From: a virus | Reading direction: 5' to 3' (one strand) | Length of the DNA stretch: 64,000 nucleotides | Virus record (IMG/VR): IMGVR_UViG_3300030037_000006 | Coordinates: 1 to 64,000 of that record | In this document: positions 48,563-59,840 of the stretch, one piece after another | Numbering within the stretch: position 1 is the stretch's first letter | Layout of the letters: each line of letters begins with the position of its first letter | Translations under genes and position numbers: made by a program | The notes under the pieces: model-generated | Told to the model about the DNA's origin: nothing | The model's database searches: none | Seen by the model: only the letters and a program-made list of their open reading frames with translations

Positions 48563-49114
48563 ATGAGCGAAGAAAAAAAGTCTGAAAAGAAAGCAGACGA
48601 TACTATATTTTATACAACATATCTAACAGCAGATCAGACAGCTAAAGATAATAAAGAAACCTCTGATAATAAATTCCTTCCTAATGGAGAGCTTAGACAG
48701 AGACGCAAAAGAACATCAAAGAATTCTAGAATTTACGTTGATCCGCATGAGCTAATGGATGAACTACTTGAATTTAAACGTACAGACATTATATCTGAAA
48801 ACCTTGGTAGCATGTTTATCAAGATGGCTATTAGATTCACTTCATCATCTAAGTTTAATGGTTACTCATGGCGAGATGAATTCATTTCTTGTGCACTTAT
48901 AAGAATTGTGAAGTACATTGATAAATTTGATCCTGAAAGAGAAAATTGTAATCCGTTTGCATACATATCTAAGATCATTGAGCACGAAGTAATTAAAATT
49001 ATCAATAAAGAAAAGAAAATAATTGATACAAACAATAGATTGCGCACAGCTGTATGGACAGAAATTGAAACAGAAAATGGTTTAGAACATGTAGATCTAA
49101 ATGAAGAAGGATAA
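48563..49114 (+). CDS. late transcription sigma factor (T4 gp55-like)
   Basis: YVD..EL, LGSMFIKMA..F...KFNGYSWRDEFIS, FDPE...NPFAYISKI. Confidence 0.88.
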   Translation: MSEEKKSEKKADDTIFYTTYLTADQTAKDNKETSDNKFLPNGELRQRRKRTSKNSRIYVDPHELMDELLEFKRTDIISENLGSMFIKMAIRFTSSSKFNGYSWRDEFISCALIRIVKYIDKFDPERENCNPFAYISKIIEHEVIKIINKEKKIIDTNNRLRTAVWTEIETENGLEHVDLNEEG

Positions 49115-49148
49115 ATTGTTGTTTTATAAATCTTAACTTTAAACTTTA

Positions 49149-50330
49149 TTGGAATCTTACATGACAGAATATAACCCAACTATATATGAAGTAGACGCAG
49201 AGAGATTTATTTCATTTAGTGATTTTCATTGGGGTAAGAATAAAGATGCAGAAGTGAAACTTAAACATAATGATAGTTACATTGACTGGTTAATCGGTGA
49301 ATGTAACTCTCAATCAATTGATACCTTAGTATTTCTAGGTGATTGGTTTGAGTCTCGCAATAATGTATCTGTCAAAACTTACAACCATTCATACAAAGCT
49401 CTCAAAAGAATATCAGCAGCAGGTATAAAGATATACATGTTCGTAGGTAATCATGATGCCTATTTCAAAAATACTATTGAAGTGAATTCACTTTCCCCAT
49501 TGAATCACATACCTGGCGTCCATATTATTGATCGCTATAGCATATTAAAATTTACTAATGGAAGCTCTATTGGACTTTTCCCATGGGAAGAATTTAACGA
49601 AGAACACTTGGATCAATATAAGAAAGAATCTTTTGGCTGTATTATGGGTCATTTTGAATTTGTAGGAGCATCATTCTCTAACTTTACTGGTCACGTTTGT
49701 AAGTCAGGTCAAAAATCAGGAGATCTTATTGAAGCTTCTCCGCTAGTATTCTCTGGTCACTTCCATATCAGAAAAGAATATGTATACAAAAATGGTAAAA
49801 TTGTATGTATCGGATGTCCACTAGAATTAGATTGGGGAGACTATCAAGATGTTAAAGGATACTACATTGTTAACTCAGCCGATATGTCATATGAATTCTA
49901 TGAAAACACTCACTCACCAAAGCATTTAAAACTATATTGGAGCAGAATAAAAAGGAAAGTTGAAGAGAATATCAAAAACATCGAAGGTAATTACATTAAG
50001 TTAGTAGTTGATGAAGAATATGATTTCAACCAGATCAGCAATCTAATCCAGAAAATTAATGCAAAGAACCCTCTTAGACCATGTCAGCCTAACTTCATTG
50101 TTAATACCGATGTGCATCTTATTACCAACAGCGACTTTGATAAATCAGGTCTACTCAATGTTAATAGCAAATTTGATTATATTCAACAGTATATAAATTC
50201 TTTAGAAGAAGCTCAGTTTGATACAAATAAAGTAGAAAAAGATGTTTTATTGGATAAACTAAAGTATGTATATACTTACACTATAGAAAAGCTAAAACAT
50301 GACCAAGAATTAAAAGAGGATTCTGAATGA
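49149..50330 (+). CDS. recombination nuclease (T4 gp47 / Mre11 / SbcD-like)
   Basis: SDFHWG, LGDWF, GNHD, GHFE, SGHFH. Confidence 0.92.
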   Translation: MESYMTEYNPTIYEVDAERFISFSDFHWGKNKDAEVKLKHNDSYIDWLIGECNSQSIDTLVFLGDWFESRNNVSVKTYNHSYKALKRISAAGIKIYMFVGNHDAYFKNTIEVNSLSPLNHIPGVHIIDRYSILKFTNGSSIGLFPWEEFNEEHLDQYKKESFGCIMGHFEFVGASFSNFTGHVCKSGQKSGDLIEASPLVFSGHFHIRKEYVYKNGKIVCIGCPLELDWGDYQDVKGYYIVNSADMSYEFYENTHSPKHLKLYWSRIKRKVEENIKNIEGNYIKLVVDEEYDFNQISNLIQKINAKNPLRPCQPNFIVNTDVHLITNSDFDKSGLLNVNSKFDYIQQYINSLEEAQFDTNKVEKDVLLDKLKYVYTYTIEKLKHDQELKEDSE

Positions 50331-52141
50331 AATGTGAAAATCATATCCAATTCAACTGGATAAGCATAAGTAATTTTATGTCAATTAAGGACGAGGTAGA
50401 ATTTAGCTTCTCTGACTTTTATGGATTGAACTTTATTGTAGGTAACAATAGAGATATTGAAAATTCAAAGAATGGATGTGGCAAATCAACTATATTTTGT
50501 GCTGCTACATTATTCGGACTTTACGGTAAAACTCCAGTAAATGTAAAGAAAGGATTCCTAGTTAATAGGAGTGCTGGTAAAGCTGCAGTAATTAAAATAG
50601 AGTTGGAACGAGGAGCAGATACTTATACAATTGAATCAGGCCTCCATCCAACTTATGTACATATTACAAAAAATAATAACGAGGATGTTACTAAACATTC
50701 AATAGGTGAAACACGTAAGTTCATCGAAGAAGAAATTATTGGCGCTTCATTTGATATGTTTAAACACTCAGTGGTACTCTCAGTATCATCACAAAAGTCA
50801 ATATTCGAATTATCAATGGGACAGAAACGAGAGTTTATTGAAGATATCTTTGATCTGAACTTCTTAGGTGGAATGTTCCATAAGAATAGATATGATTTAA
50901 ACTTACTCAAGAAATCAATAAGCCATCTTAAAATTGAATTTGATACTATTAGCGATAGCATGAAATCATTTGATACTAAGCATAAATCTTTCCATGATGA
51001 TAAGACAGAAGAACTTAATAAAATAGGTAAAACTGTTAATGCCATTAAAGAAAGAATTACTACTTACAACGATATCATTCAAGGTATCAATCATGAGAAA
51101 TTATCCAATGCAGTAAACGATATCAACAAGAAAACTCCTGAACTGGAAATTAAAGTTGATAACATTGAATCTGATAAGAGAAAGCTTGTTAATGAAAACA
51201 AATTACATGTTAAAGATATCAAGCATTTAAACGTGTTGTTTAAGAAGTATAAAGGAATACTTGAAAAAGTAGGGGATTGCTGCAAACATATAGTAGATAA
51301 AGAATTTGATATAAGTGCAAATGCTCACGATATACAAGAGTTAAAAACTGTTATTGACGGTAATTCAGAATTGATATTAGAATATGACACAAATTTGACT
51401 AAGCTTAACACCGCAATTGAAAAACTTACTAATGCTCAGGCTAGCTTCGAGAAGAAATTAAATTCGTATGAAACTGCCAGGACTCAAGTAGAATATAATG
51501 AAGAAAAACTAGCATCAATTCAAAATGATTATGAAAATCTTGAAGCTAAAGAATCCCCGTTTAAAGAATTACTTAATGAGTCCACTGCTAAGACAAATGA
51601 CATTGAAACTCAAATAGGTAGCTTAGCAAAAGAAGCTGCTTATTCTAAATACATTGATTACATTCTTAGTCCTGCTGGTATTAAATCATGGATCATTTCT
51701 AAAATGATTGACAATATGAATTCAATTGTTTCAAGTTATCTCAATGAACTTGGCGCAGATTATTCAGTATTATTTAATTCCAACCTTGAATCTACATTCC
51801 TTACAACATCAGGTGAATGTGATTACAATAACTTTTCATCAGGTGAAAAGATGAGAATTAATCTAGCAATGACATTCGCTATACGAGATATTCTCCACTC
51901 TCAAGGAATATTATCTACTTCAATTATAGTTTGTGATGAAATGATTGATGCTAGCTTAGACGATGTTGCAATAGAAAATGTAATGAAAATACTAAAAAGA
52001 ATCTCTGTTACTCAATCAGTGTTTCTTATATCACATAAAGAAGTTATCGAATCTTCTGAAACTATCGATAACGTAATTGAAATTGTAAAAGAAAATGGCC
52101 AAACTTTCATTAACGAAAGCTCAATGCCAAACGGATCATAG
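50327..52141 (+). CDS. recombination ATPase (T4 gp46 / Rad50 / SbcC-like)
   Basis: NGCGKST, coiled coil, FSSGE signature, VCDE..D, ISH. Confidence 0.92.
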   Translation: MKCENHIQFNWISISNFMSIKDEVEFSFSDFYGLNFIVGNNRDIENSKNGCGKSTIFCAATLFGLYGKTPVNVKKGFLVNRSAGKAAVIKIELERGADTYTIESGLHPTYVHITKNNNEDVTKHSIGETRKFIEEEIIGASFDMFKHSVVLSVSSQKSIFELSMGQKREFIEDIFDLNFLGGMFHKNRYDLNLLKKSISHLKIEFDTISDSMKSFDTKHKSFHDDKTEELNKIGKTVNAIKERITTYNDIIQGINHEKLSNAVNDINKKTPELEIKVDNIESDKRKLVNENKLHVKDIKHLNVLFKKYKGILEKVGDCCKHIVDKEFDISANAHDIQELKTVIDGNSELILEYDTNLTKLNTAIEKLTNAQASFEKKLNSYETARTQVEYNEEKLASIQNDYENLEAKESPFKELLNESTAKTNDIETQIGSLAKEAAYSKYIDYILSPAGIKSWIISKMIDNMNSIVSSYLNELGADYSVLFNSNLESTFLTTSGECDYNNFSSGEKMRINLAMTFAIRDILHSQGILSTSIIVCDEMIDASLDDVAIENVMKILKRISVTQSVFLISHKEVIESSETIDNVIEIVKENGQTFINESSMPNGS

Positions 52142-52150
52142 GAACTAAAC

Positions 52151-52810
52151 ATGTCAGAACAAATGTCAAAGGAAGATTTTAACAAAGCATACGAGGCTCA
52201 AGAAAAAGCATTAGAAGCTCAGTACAAAACATATGTTATTAAATATTGTCGCAAAGATCAAGACCATAAGGAAGATCCCGGATGTATAATAACTGTAAAA
52301 GAGGAAGGTTTAAACGCAAGAGAAGTTACAGAATTTTATGCTTCTCTGTATACTATTATTAGTGTTAACGTAGATAAACCTGCGCAAGCAGAACCACAAC
52401 AACGAAGAGTTCAACCTGGTCAAAGTCAAACTAATCCATTGGGAATTCATCCTCAAGTTCCTTTAATTGCTAGTGCACCTAAATATGAGTACATGGAAAC
52501 ACCAGATGGGTCTAAATTTAGAATAGATTCTGTAACCAAAAACGTAGAATTTGAAGTTATAGAAGTTATTGATTTTGATACGCGTTCTTCTGCTACAATT
52601 TCAAAAGCTATATCTAAGGCAATAGAGAGTGCAAATTCTCTAAGTGATATTAAGATTAAATATCGTGATACACCTACAACTTCTAAGAATGTTAAGCTAT
52701 CATCTTTCTTAGTATTATTTAATCATAATATCGAGTTTTCTGAGAAATTCAATATCGAGATAGTATCGATATCAATTGGCGGTGTCTGGAAATCAGCCAA
52801 GCCGGCATAA
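52151..52810 (+). CDS. hypothetical protein
   Basis: 219-aa ORF with AGGA RBS. Confidence 0.65.
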   Translation: MSEQMSKEDFNKAYEAQEKALEAQYKTYVIKYCRKDQDHKEDPGCIITVKEEGLNAREVTEFYASLYTIISVNVDKPAQAEPQQRRVQPGQSQTNPLGIHPQVPLIASAPKYEYMETPDGSKFRIDSVTKNVEFEVIEVIDFDTRSSATISKAISKAIESANSLSDIKIKYRDTPTTSKNVKLSSFLVLFNHNIEFSEKFNIEIVSISIGGVWKSAKPA

Positions 52811-52934
52811 ATTCAATCTAGCGCTCTTATAAGTATTTTACAATATAACAAATGTCAAAAAAACTAAAGAGCGCTAGAATGCACTTGGACCTAAGTCCAA
52901 CTAAAACAAAATCCGTAAATGGAGAACTATTAAA

Positions 52935-53585
52935 ATGGATGTAACTTATTGGGATAAGCAATATTCACAAAAAGGACGAATATATAGAGATGAATTTCCT
53001 ACTAACTTTGCTCAGTACTGTCTGACAAATTGGGTAAATTATTTTATCTCTGATAGAGAAAACGAAAATTCTAATGTAATCCTGTTAGATATTGGTGCTG
53101 GTAATGGAAGAGACAGTAAACTGTTTTATGATTCCGGTGTAAAAGTATTAGCAATTGATCAATCAGGTAATGCTGTAAATTGTATTAGGGATATTAAAGG
53201 TATTGAATCTGTATGTGCAGATATTACTGAATATGTTCCAACTAAAAGATATGACATAATTTATAGTCGCCAATCGTTAGATTACATTACAGATAATCAA
53301 GTATATGATATGCTATCTAAATTTAGTAATAACTTTCTTAGTGATGATGGTATAGTTTGTTTAGAATTAAAGAGTGATAAAGACATGAATAACTTAGGTA
53401 GAAATGTATCTAAGATATCTGATCATGAATTTATTAAATCAAAACATTACATACGATTCAGTAATTATGAAAAGATAGTTAAAGACGTTAGAGATCTTGG
53501 CTTTGAAATTCTACATAAACATGAATCAGCTGTTGGTGAGTTCTATGAGAACCAAGCAGTTATCAGATTAATAATTGGACGATAA
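52935..53585 (+). CDS. class I SAM-dependent methyltransferase
   Basis: LLDIGAGNGRDS, AIDQS, YDIIYSR. Confidence 0.85.
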   Translation: MDVTYWDKQYSQKGRIYRDEFPTNFAQYCLTNWVNYFISDRENENSNVILLDIGAGNGRDSKLFYDSGVKVLAIDQSGNAVNCIRDIKGIESVCADITEYVPTKRYDIIYSRQSLDYITDNQVYDMLSKFSNNFLSDDGIVCLELKSDKDMNNLGRNVSKISDHEFIKSKHYIRFSNYEKIVKDVRDLGFEILHKHESAVGEFYENQAVIRLIIGR

Positions 53586-53588
53586 TTT

Positions 53589-53924
53589 ATGAACAGCGCC
53601 ACAGCAAGTCATTATTATAAAAGATATCCGCTAAAAAGTGAAAAACTTCTAGATCTTCATGGATCTTATGTAATGATTAAGATACTGGAACAAACTCAAG
53701 AAATTGAAAGAAAGAAGAAAAATATAATTTTAAATCTTGACTCTAGATTTATTAATCAAGGATTAGTACGAGGAGAGATTATTAAGCTAGGAAATTTAGT
53801 AGTAAATGATCTAAGTATAGGAGATGTTGTTTTCTATGATAGATATGCGGCATACGGTATGCCACCAACAGAAGAACATTTGAATGTGATTCTCGCGGAA
53901 GAAAATATTATTTTTAAAGAATAA
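53589..53924 (+). CDS. groES: GroES-like co-chaperonin
   Basis: GEIIKLG...LSIGDVVFYDRYA...ILAEENI; directly upstream of groEL. Confidence 0.75.
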   Translation: MNSATASHYYKRYPLKSEKLLDLHGSYVMIKILEQTQEIERKKKNIILNLDSRFINQGLVRGEIIKLGNLVVNDLSIGDVVFYDRYAAYGMPPTEEHLNVILAEENIIFKE

Positions 53925-55592
<1,668 letters not shown>

Positions 55593-55611
55593 TTACTAAT
55601 TAGTTAATAAA

Positions 55612-55641
55612 GGGAGAGTACTTTAAGTACTCTCCTTTTTT
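55612..55641 (+). terminator. intrinsic terminator
   Basis: ggagagtact-taa-gtactctcc type hairpin + T-run. Confidence 0.85.
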
Positions 55642-55689
55642 CGCAGGCAAAATGATAAATAGATTATAAAATAATATTACTTTGGAACT

Positions 55690-56724
55690 TTGTGCATGAG
55701 CATTCTAGCATTGGATGATTCACTAGAATCATTAACAAACTTATACACTACACTCGATTACATGTCAGAAGGCAATCCTATTTCGGATACTGCTAGAAGA
55801 CTAATAGGTGAAGTTGAACCTATCATCATTGCTTATGATGATGACTTTAAATCTTGGAAATCTTATACAGGAACTGAATTTAAAACTTTAGATAACGTAA
55901 AAGATAAAGACGTACTTGCAATAGACATCATGTATGTTGAAATGGTGGATGACAAAGCAGCTCTCGTACATCACAATAAAGCTAACAGTAGTACATCACT
56001 TAGTGTAATGGCACCTGTACTTCGATATAGTTCTAAAGATAATACAATTACTAACTTAATTAATGGATCAAGTGTCCCATCTAGTAATCCTCATGATATG
56101 TTATCAGGTTTCGATATCTCTCTCAACAACTCAAAGTTTATTGTCATGGATCCTGTATCACTTGAAGATGATGAAGATATTGACGTAGAAGATCTTGAAG
56201 ATCCTGAAAATACTGATATACCTGAAATGGAAGAAATCACAGAGTCAGTGACGCATGACAATTACGTTAACATTATAACTATACCTCTCACTAAAGCTAT
56301 CGATCATATCCGTCACTTCTATGCATTGTATGGCACTAATGGAACCACAGCTAAAAGGGCAATCGAATCTTCTGAATATATGCTTGATAGATTCGATAAG
56401 ATTTATAACATTCGTGCTTTAGATTCTGAAGTAACTGATAATCCAATTAGCTCAGATACTTTGTATAGTAAGTATGATCACATTATCGTAACTAGCAGAT
56501 GGAAGTTCAACCCTGAAATAGGATACTCGATGTCTGCTGATTCATCTTCACTTGGAGAAGATGATGTTATATTCGATGTGCCGATGGTTATTCTATCATA
56601 TTCAGATGACATCAATGGTCAAGTTGGAGTTATTGCTACTGACTTATATGATCATACATTTGATGCAGAAGAGACTGATGATTACTTGGACACTACAGAT
56701 ATAAAACTTCTCCTATTAAAATAA
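55690..56724 (+). CDS. acidic hypothetical late protein
   Basis: Late box at 55654-55661; likely start MSILAL (55696). Confidence 0.65.
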   Translation: MCMSILALDDSLESLTNLYTTLDYMSEGNPISDTARRLIGEVEPIIIAYDDDFKSWKSYTGTEFKTLDNVKDKDVLAIDIMYVEMVDDKAALVHHNKANSSTSLSVMAPVLRYSSKDNTITNLINGSSVPSSNPHDMLSGFDISLNNSKFIVMDPVSLEDDEDIDVEDLEDPENTDIPEMEEITESVTHDNYVNIITIPLTKAIDHIRHFYALYGTNGTTAKRAIESSEYMLDRFDKIYNIRALDSEVTDNPISSDTLYSKYDHIIVTSRWKFNPEIGYSMSADSSSLGEDDVIFDVPMVILSYSDDINGQVGVIATDLYDHTFDAEETDDYLDTTDIKLLLLK

Positions 56725-57702
56725 ATGGCCGACAAAATTCCGGTACTGTTCGTAGGAAAGACAGTAACTGACGAAATGTTTGCTATAATATCTAGCGATC
56801 TTGCACCAGAATGCGAGGTTCATTACACATATCCAGATGAATATAATTATATGATGCTTGTTAAAAGCTTCGATAATATCATAACATGGGGATGTGGTAG
56901 TAGATTACAGAATACCGGAAAGAATATCCTGTACTTAGAAAATGGATCACCTTCACAAGTATATAGTATGTATATTGATAGTAAAGGGTGGGGCAACCAT
57001 AGTAGCATATATAAAGAGAATACCGACAACGCTTATGATAAATCTCCTAGCAAATTCAAGTATCTTAGAAAAGTTATCGGGTATGTATGCAGAAACTACT
57101 TAGGTATTAACGATTTAAATTTCCAGAAATATGATAAAAATGGTCCTATACTATTCGCATTCCAGAATACAGATGACTTTCCTTTTATAGATGCATTTGA
57201 CATTAAACTTACAGACAGCAATGACAAAATGGTTCAACTTTTAATTAACTTAACTAGATCTATTCCTTCTGATCAAGAATTAATATTAAGACCTCATCCA
57301 ATGTACAAAGATAACTTTTATGAGAAGCTTAAGAAGTTTCTAAAAATTATGGACTTTCCAGATAACTGGACTTTGGATGATTGCAATTCTAAACTTAATG
57401 TTAGGCTATCAAAATGTTCCAAACTTATAAGTGTAAACTCAACTTCAATACTGGAAGCAATGACTACTGGAATTCCTATCATTACTTTAGGAAAAGGATT
57501 GTATTCAGGTAAGAATTTAACTCATGAACAGAAGCCAGATAACATAAAAGTTAGGCGTATAGGCATGAAAGACAATACAAAACGATTGAATTTTTTATGT
57601 AAGTTGTTAGAACATAACAACATAGCTTATATTTCTCAGAAATCAGTACTAACTAACATACATTATTTAAATTTTAAGTCTTTATTGTTTACTAGCAAGT
57701 AA
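56725..57702 (+). CDS. KpsS/KpsC-like (GT-B) glycosyltransferase
   Basis: YLENG, FQNTDD, ILRPHP, SVNSTSILEA...IPIITLG. Confidence 0.7.
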   Translation: MADKIPVLFVGKTVTDEMFAIISSDLAPECEVHYTYPDEYNYMMLVKSFDNIITWGCGSRLQNTGKNILYLENGSPSQVYSMYIDSKGWGNHSSIYKENTDNAYDKSPSKFKYLRKVIGYVCRNYLGINDLNFQKYDKNGPILFAFQNTDDFPFIDAFDIKLTDSNDKMVQLLINLTRSIPSDQELILRPHPMYKDNFYEKLKKFLKIMDFPDNWTLDDCNSKLNVRLSKCSKLISVNSTSILEAMTTGIPIITLGKGLYSGKNLTHEQKPDNIKVRRIGMKDNTKRLNFLCKLLEHNNIAYISQKSVLTNIHYLNFKSLLFTSK

Positions 57703-57722
57703 CAAGCAAAGGACATAAATAT

Positions 57723-59774
57723 ATGTACAGAAATATTACGTATTCGTTAGACAAATTCAGAGAAGGTAAAATTAGACTCGATACATGGGATGAAGAAGGA
57801 AATCCTATTACTGAAATCCATGACCATGATTCAGAACTATATTACGAATCTAACACAGGTGAACATACGAGCATGTATGGCACTAAACTTAGACAACTTA
57901 CATTCAATTCAATAATAGAGAAATCTGTTTGGCGTAAATCCAACAGAGAAAGTAAACGAATCTTTAATGATCTTACACCTGTACGAGAATTCTTAGTAAA
58001 TAAATATGAAGGTCAGCAAGAGACAACTGATTTTACTAAGTTCCAATTCCGCAAATGGTTTCTGGATATTGAGATTGCTACAACCGGTGAAGGCTTTCCA
58101 GAATCTGATGTAGCAGAACAACCGGTTAATATCATATCGATATTTGATACATACCTTCAAGAGTATCATGTCTTCTATACTTTAGATCCTAAGCATCATA
58201 AAGATCAAGTAGATTTAGTACCAAAAGGTGAGAAATATCATGAAACATTTACTAAATTTAAAGAGAATAGAAAAACTGGTGAATGGGAAATTTCAGGTGG
58301 TGTAAAGTATAAGACAGTATATCATGACTGTAGAGATGAAAAGACTCTCTTTAAGGAGTATATACAGTTTACTGAAAACAATTACCCTGACATTATATCT
58401 GGATGGAATGTAGATGGCTTCGATGTACCATACATTTGCAACAGAGTCATTAATCTCTTTGATCAAAGAACTTTAGAAAGATTATCTCCAATTGGCAAGA
58501 TAAATGGCCGTGAAGTATTTGATATTATTAATCAAAAGACAGTTACTGAATTTACATTTGAAGGTATCACTGTGATGGATTATTGCTTCCTCTACAAGAA
58601 GAAGTTTAATATCATGGAAAAACGTACCAACTATAAGCTTGACACAATTGCATTCACTCACTTAGGTGCTGGTAAATTAGAATATGATTGTACTATTCAT
58701 GAATTCTGGCGTAGAGACATGGCAAACTATATCGAATACAATAGAATCGATGTGGAGAGAGTATATCAATTAGACTTAGTTCTGAACTATATCAACCTTG
58801 CTCGAACTCTTTGTAATATTGGTTTAGTAGAATACTCATGTATTTATAAATCAGCTCCATATATTTACGGTGCTCTTACTGTTCAAGCTCGATCTGAAGG
58901 ACGATTACTCTTATCATCTACACCAGAATCTCTTAATAGTAATGCAGATGATTATGCTGGTGGCTATGTTAAAAATGCTCAGGCTGGATTGTATCTAGAT
59001 GGCATTGCTTCGTACGACTTGAACTCACTATACCCATCCATTATTCGAACTCTTAACATATCACCTGAAACTAAGGTTGGTAGAGTTATTGATGACGATG
59101 ATCCTAATGAAATAGTATTCAGATACGAAACTGGTAACATGGAATACTTTACTGCTAAAGAATTTGAAGCATTTGAACGTAGATATATTAAAGCTGCTAA
59201 CGGAGTTTATTATGTCCAACATGAAGAGCTTCATGGAATTCTTCCTAAATGGTGTGCAAGATTATATGCTTTGCGTACATCTACACGTGCCACACAGAAA
59301 GAACATAAAGATTCTGTGATGAGATTACAGAATGAACTTGATGAAGATGGTACTACTAATCAACGTAAGAAAGAGATTAAATCTGAAATGACTACTCTAT
59401 CAGCATTGATTGATATCCTAGAATCTACTCAGCATGCAATTAAGATTGTTATTAATACTGCATACGGTGTTATTGGTAGTGCATTCTTCCAGTTATACGA
59501 TATTGAAAATGCAGAAGCTATTACAACATCAGGTCAATACATTATTCAGTGCGCGGATGGATTCATTAATAAGTATATCAGACATAAGTATAAAAATGCT
59601 CCGAGTGTAGTAGCAGATCCGTTAGAACAGACGGATCGAATAGTGTACGGAGATACGGATTCCGTGTCACAAGATACTCGTATCCAAACACTTAGACATA
59701 CGATCGATTCTAGTAGTGCAGTAAAGGAAACTATGCGTATCGATGATCTATTCGAAGCATATCTAATAGACTGA
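57723..59774 (+). CDS. polB: family B DNA polymerase, N-terminal part, fused to a split-intein N-fragment
   Basis: Exo FLDIE, GWNVDGFD, YNRID; pol SYDLNSLYPS, KIVINTAYG, YGDTD; then a 37-aa intein-like tail and a stop, thumb domain absent. Confidence 0.92.
   Translation: MYRNITYSLDKFREGKIRLDTWDEEGNPITEIHDHDSELYYESNTGEHTSMYGTKLRQLTFNSIIEKSVWRKSNRESKRIFNDLTPVREFLVNKYEGQQETTDFTKFQFRKWFLDIEIATTGEGFPESDVAEQPVNIISIFDTYLQEYHVFYTLDPKHHKDQVDLVPKGEKYHETFTKFKENRKTGEWEISGGVKYKTVYHDCRDEKTLFKEYIQFTENNYPDIISGWNVDGFDVPYICNRVINLFDQRTLERLSPIGKINGREVFDIINQKTVTEFTFEGITVMDYCFLYKKKFNIMEKRTNYKLDTIAFTHLGAGKLEYDCTIHEFWRRDMANYIEYNRIDVERVYQLDLVLNYINLARTLCNIGLVEYSCIYKSAPYIYGALTVQARSEGRLLLSSTPESLNSNADDYAGGYVKNAQAGLYLDGIASYDLNSLYPSIIRTLNISPETKVGRVIDDDDPNEIVFRYETGNMEYFTAKEFEAFERRYIKAANGVYYVQHEELHGILPKWCARLYALRTSTRATQKEHKDSVMRLQNELDEDGTTNQRKKEIKSEMTTLSALIDILESTQHAIKIVINTAYGVIGSAFFQLYDIENAEAITTSGQYIIQCADGFINKYIRHKYKNAPSVVADPLEQTDRIVYGDTDSVSQDTRIQTLRHTIDSSSAVKETMRIDDLFEAYLID
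59661..59771 (+). mobile_element. split intein N-fragment (37 aa, Ser1)
   Basis: SVSQDTRI...MRIDDLF right after YGDTD matches intein block A at the classical PolB YGDTD/S insertion site. Confidence 0.8.
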
Positions 59775-59781
59775 ATATAGC

Positions 59782-59835
59782 GATACTACCTCTGTATATG
59801 GATAAATACTAATACTAAATAACAGAGGTAGTATC
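59782..59835 (+). promoter_or_regulatory. RBS-sequestering hairpin with a late promoter in its loop
   Basis: 14-bp perfect IR gatactacctctgt / acagaggtagtatc covers GAGG; GATAAATA at 59801-59808. Confidence 0.85.
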
Positions 59836-59840
59836 CATAA

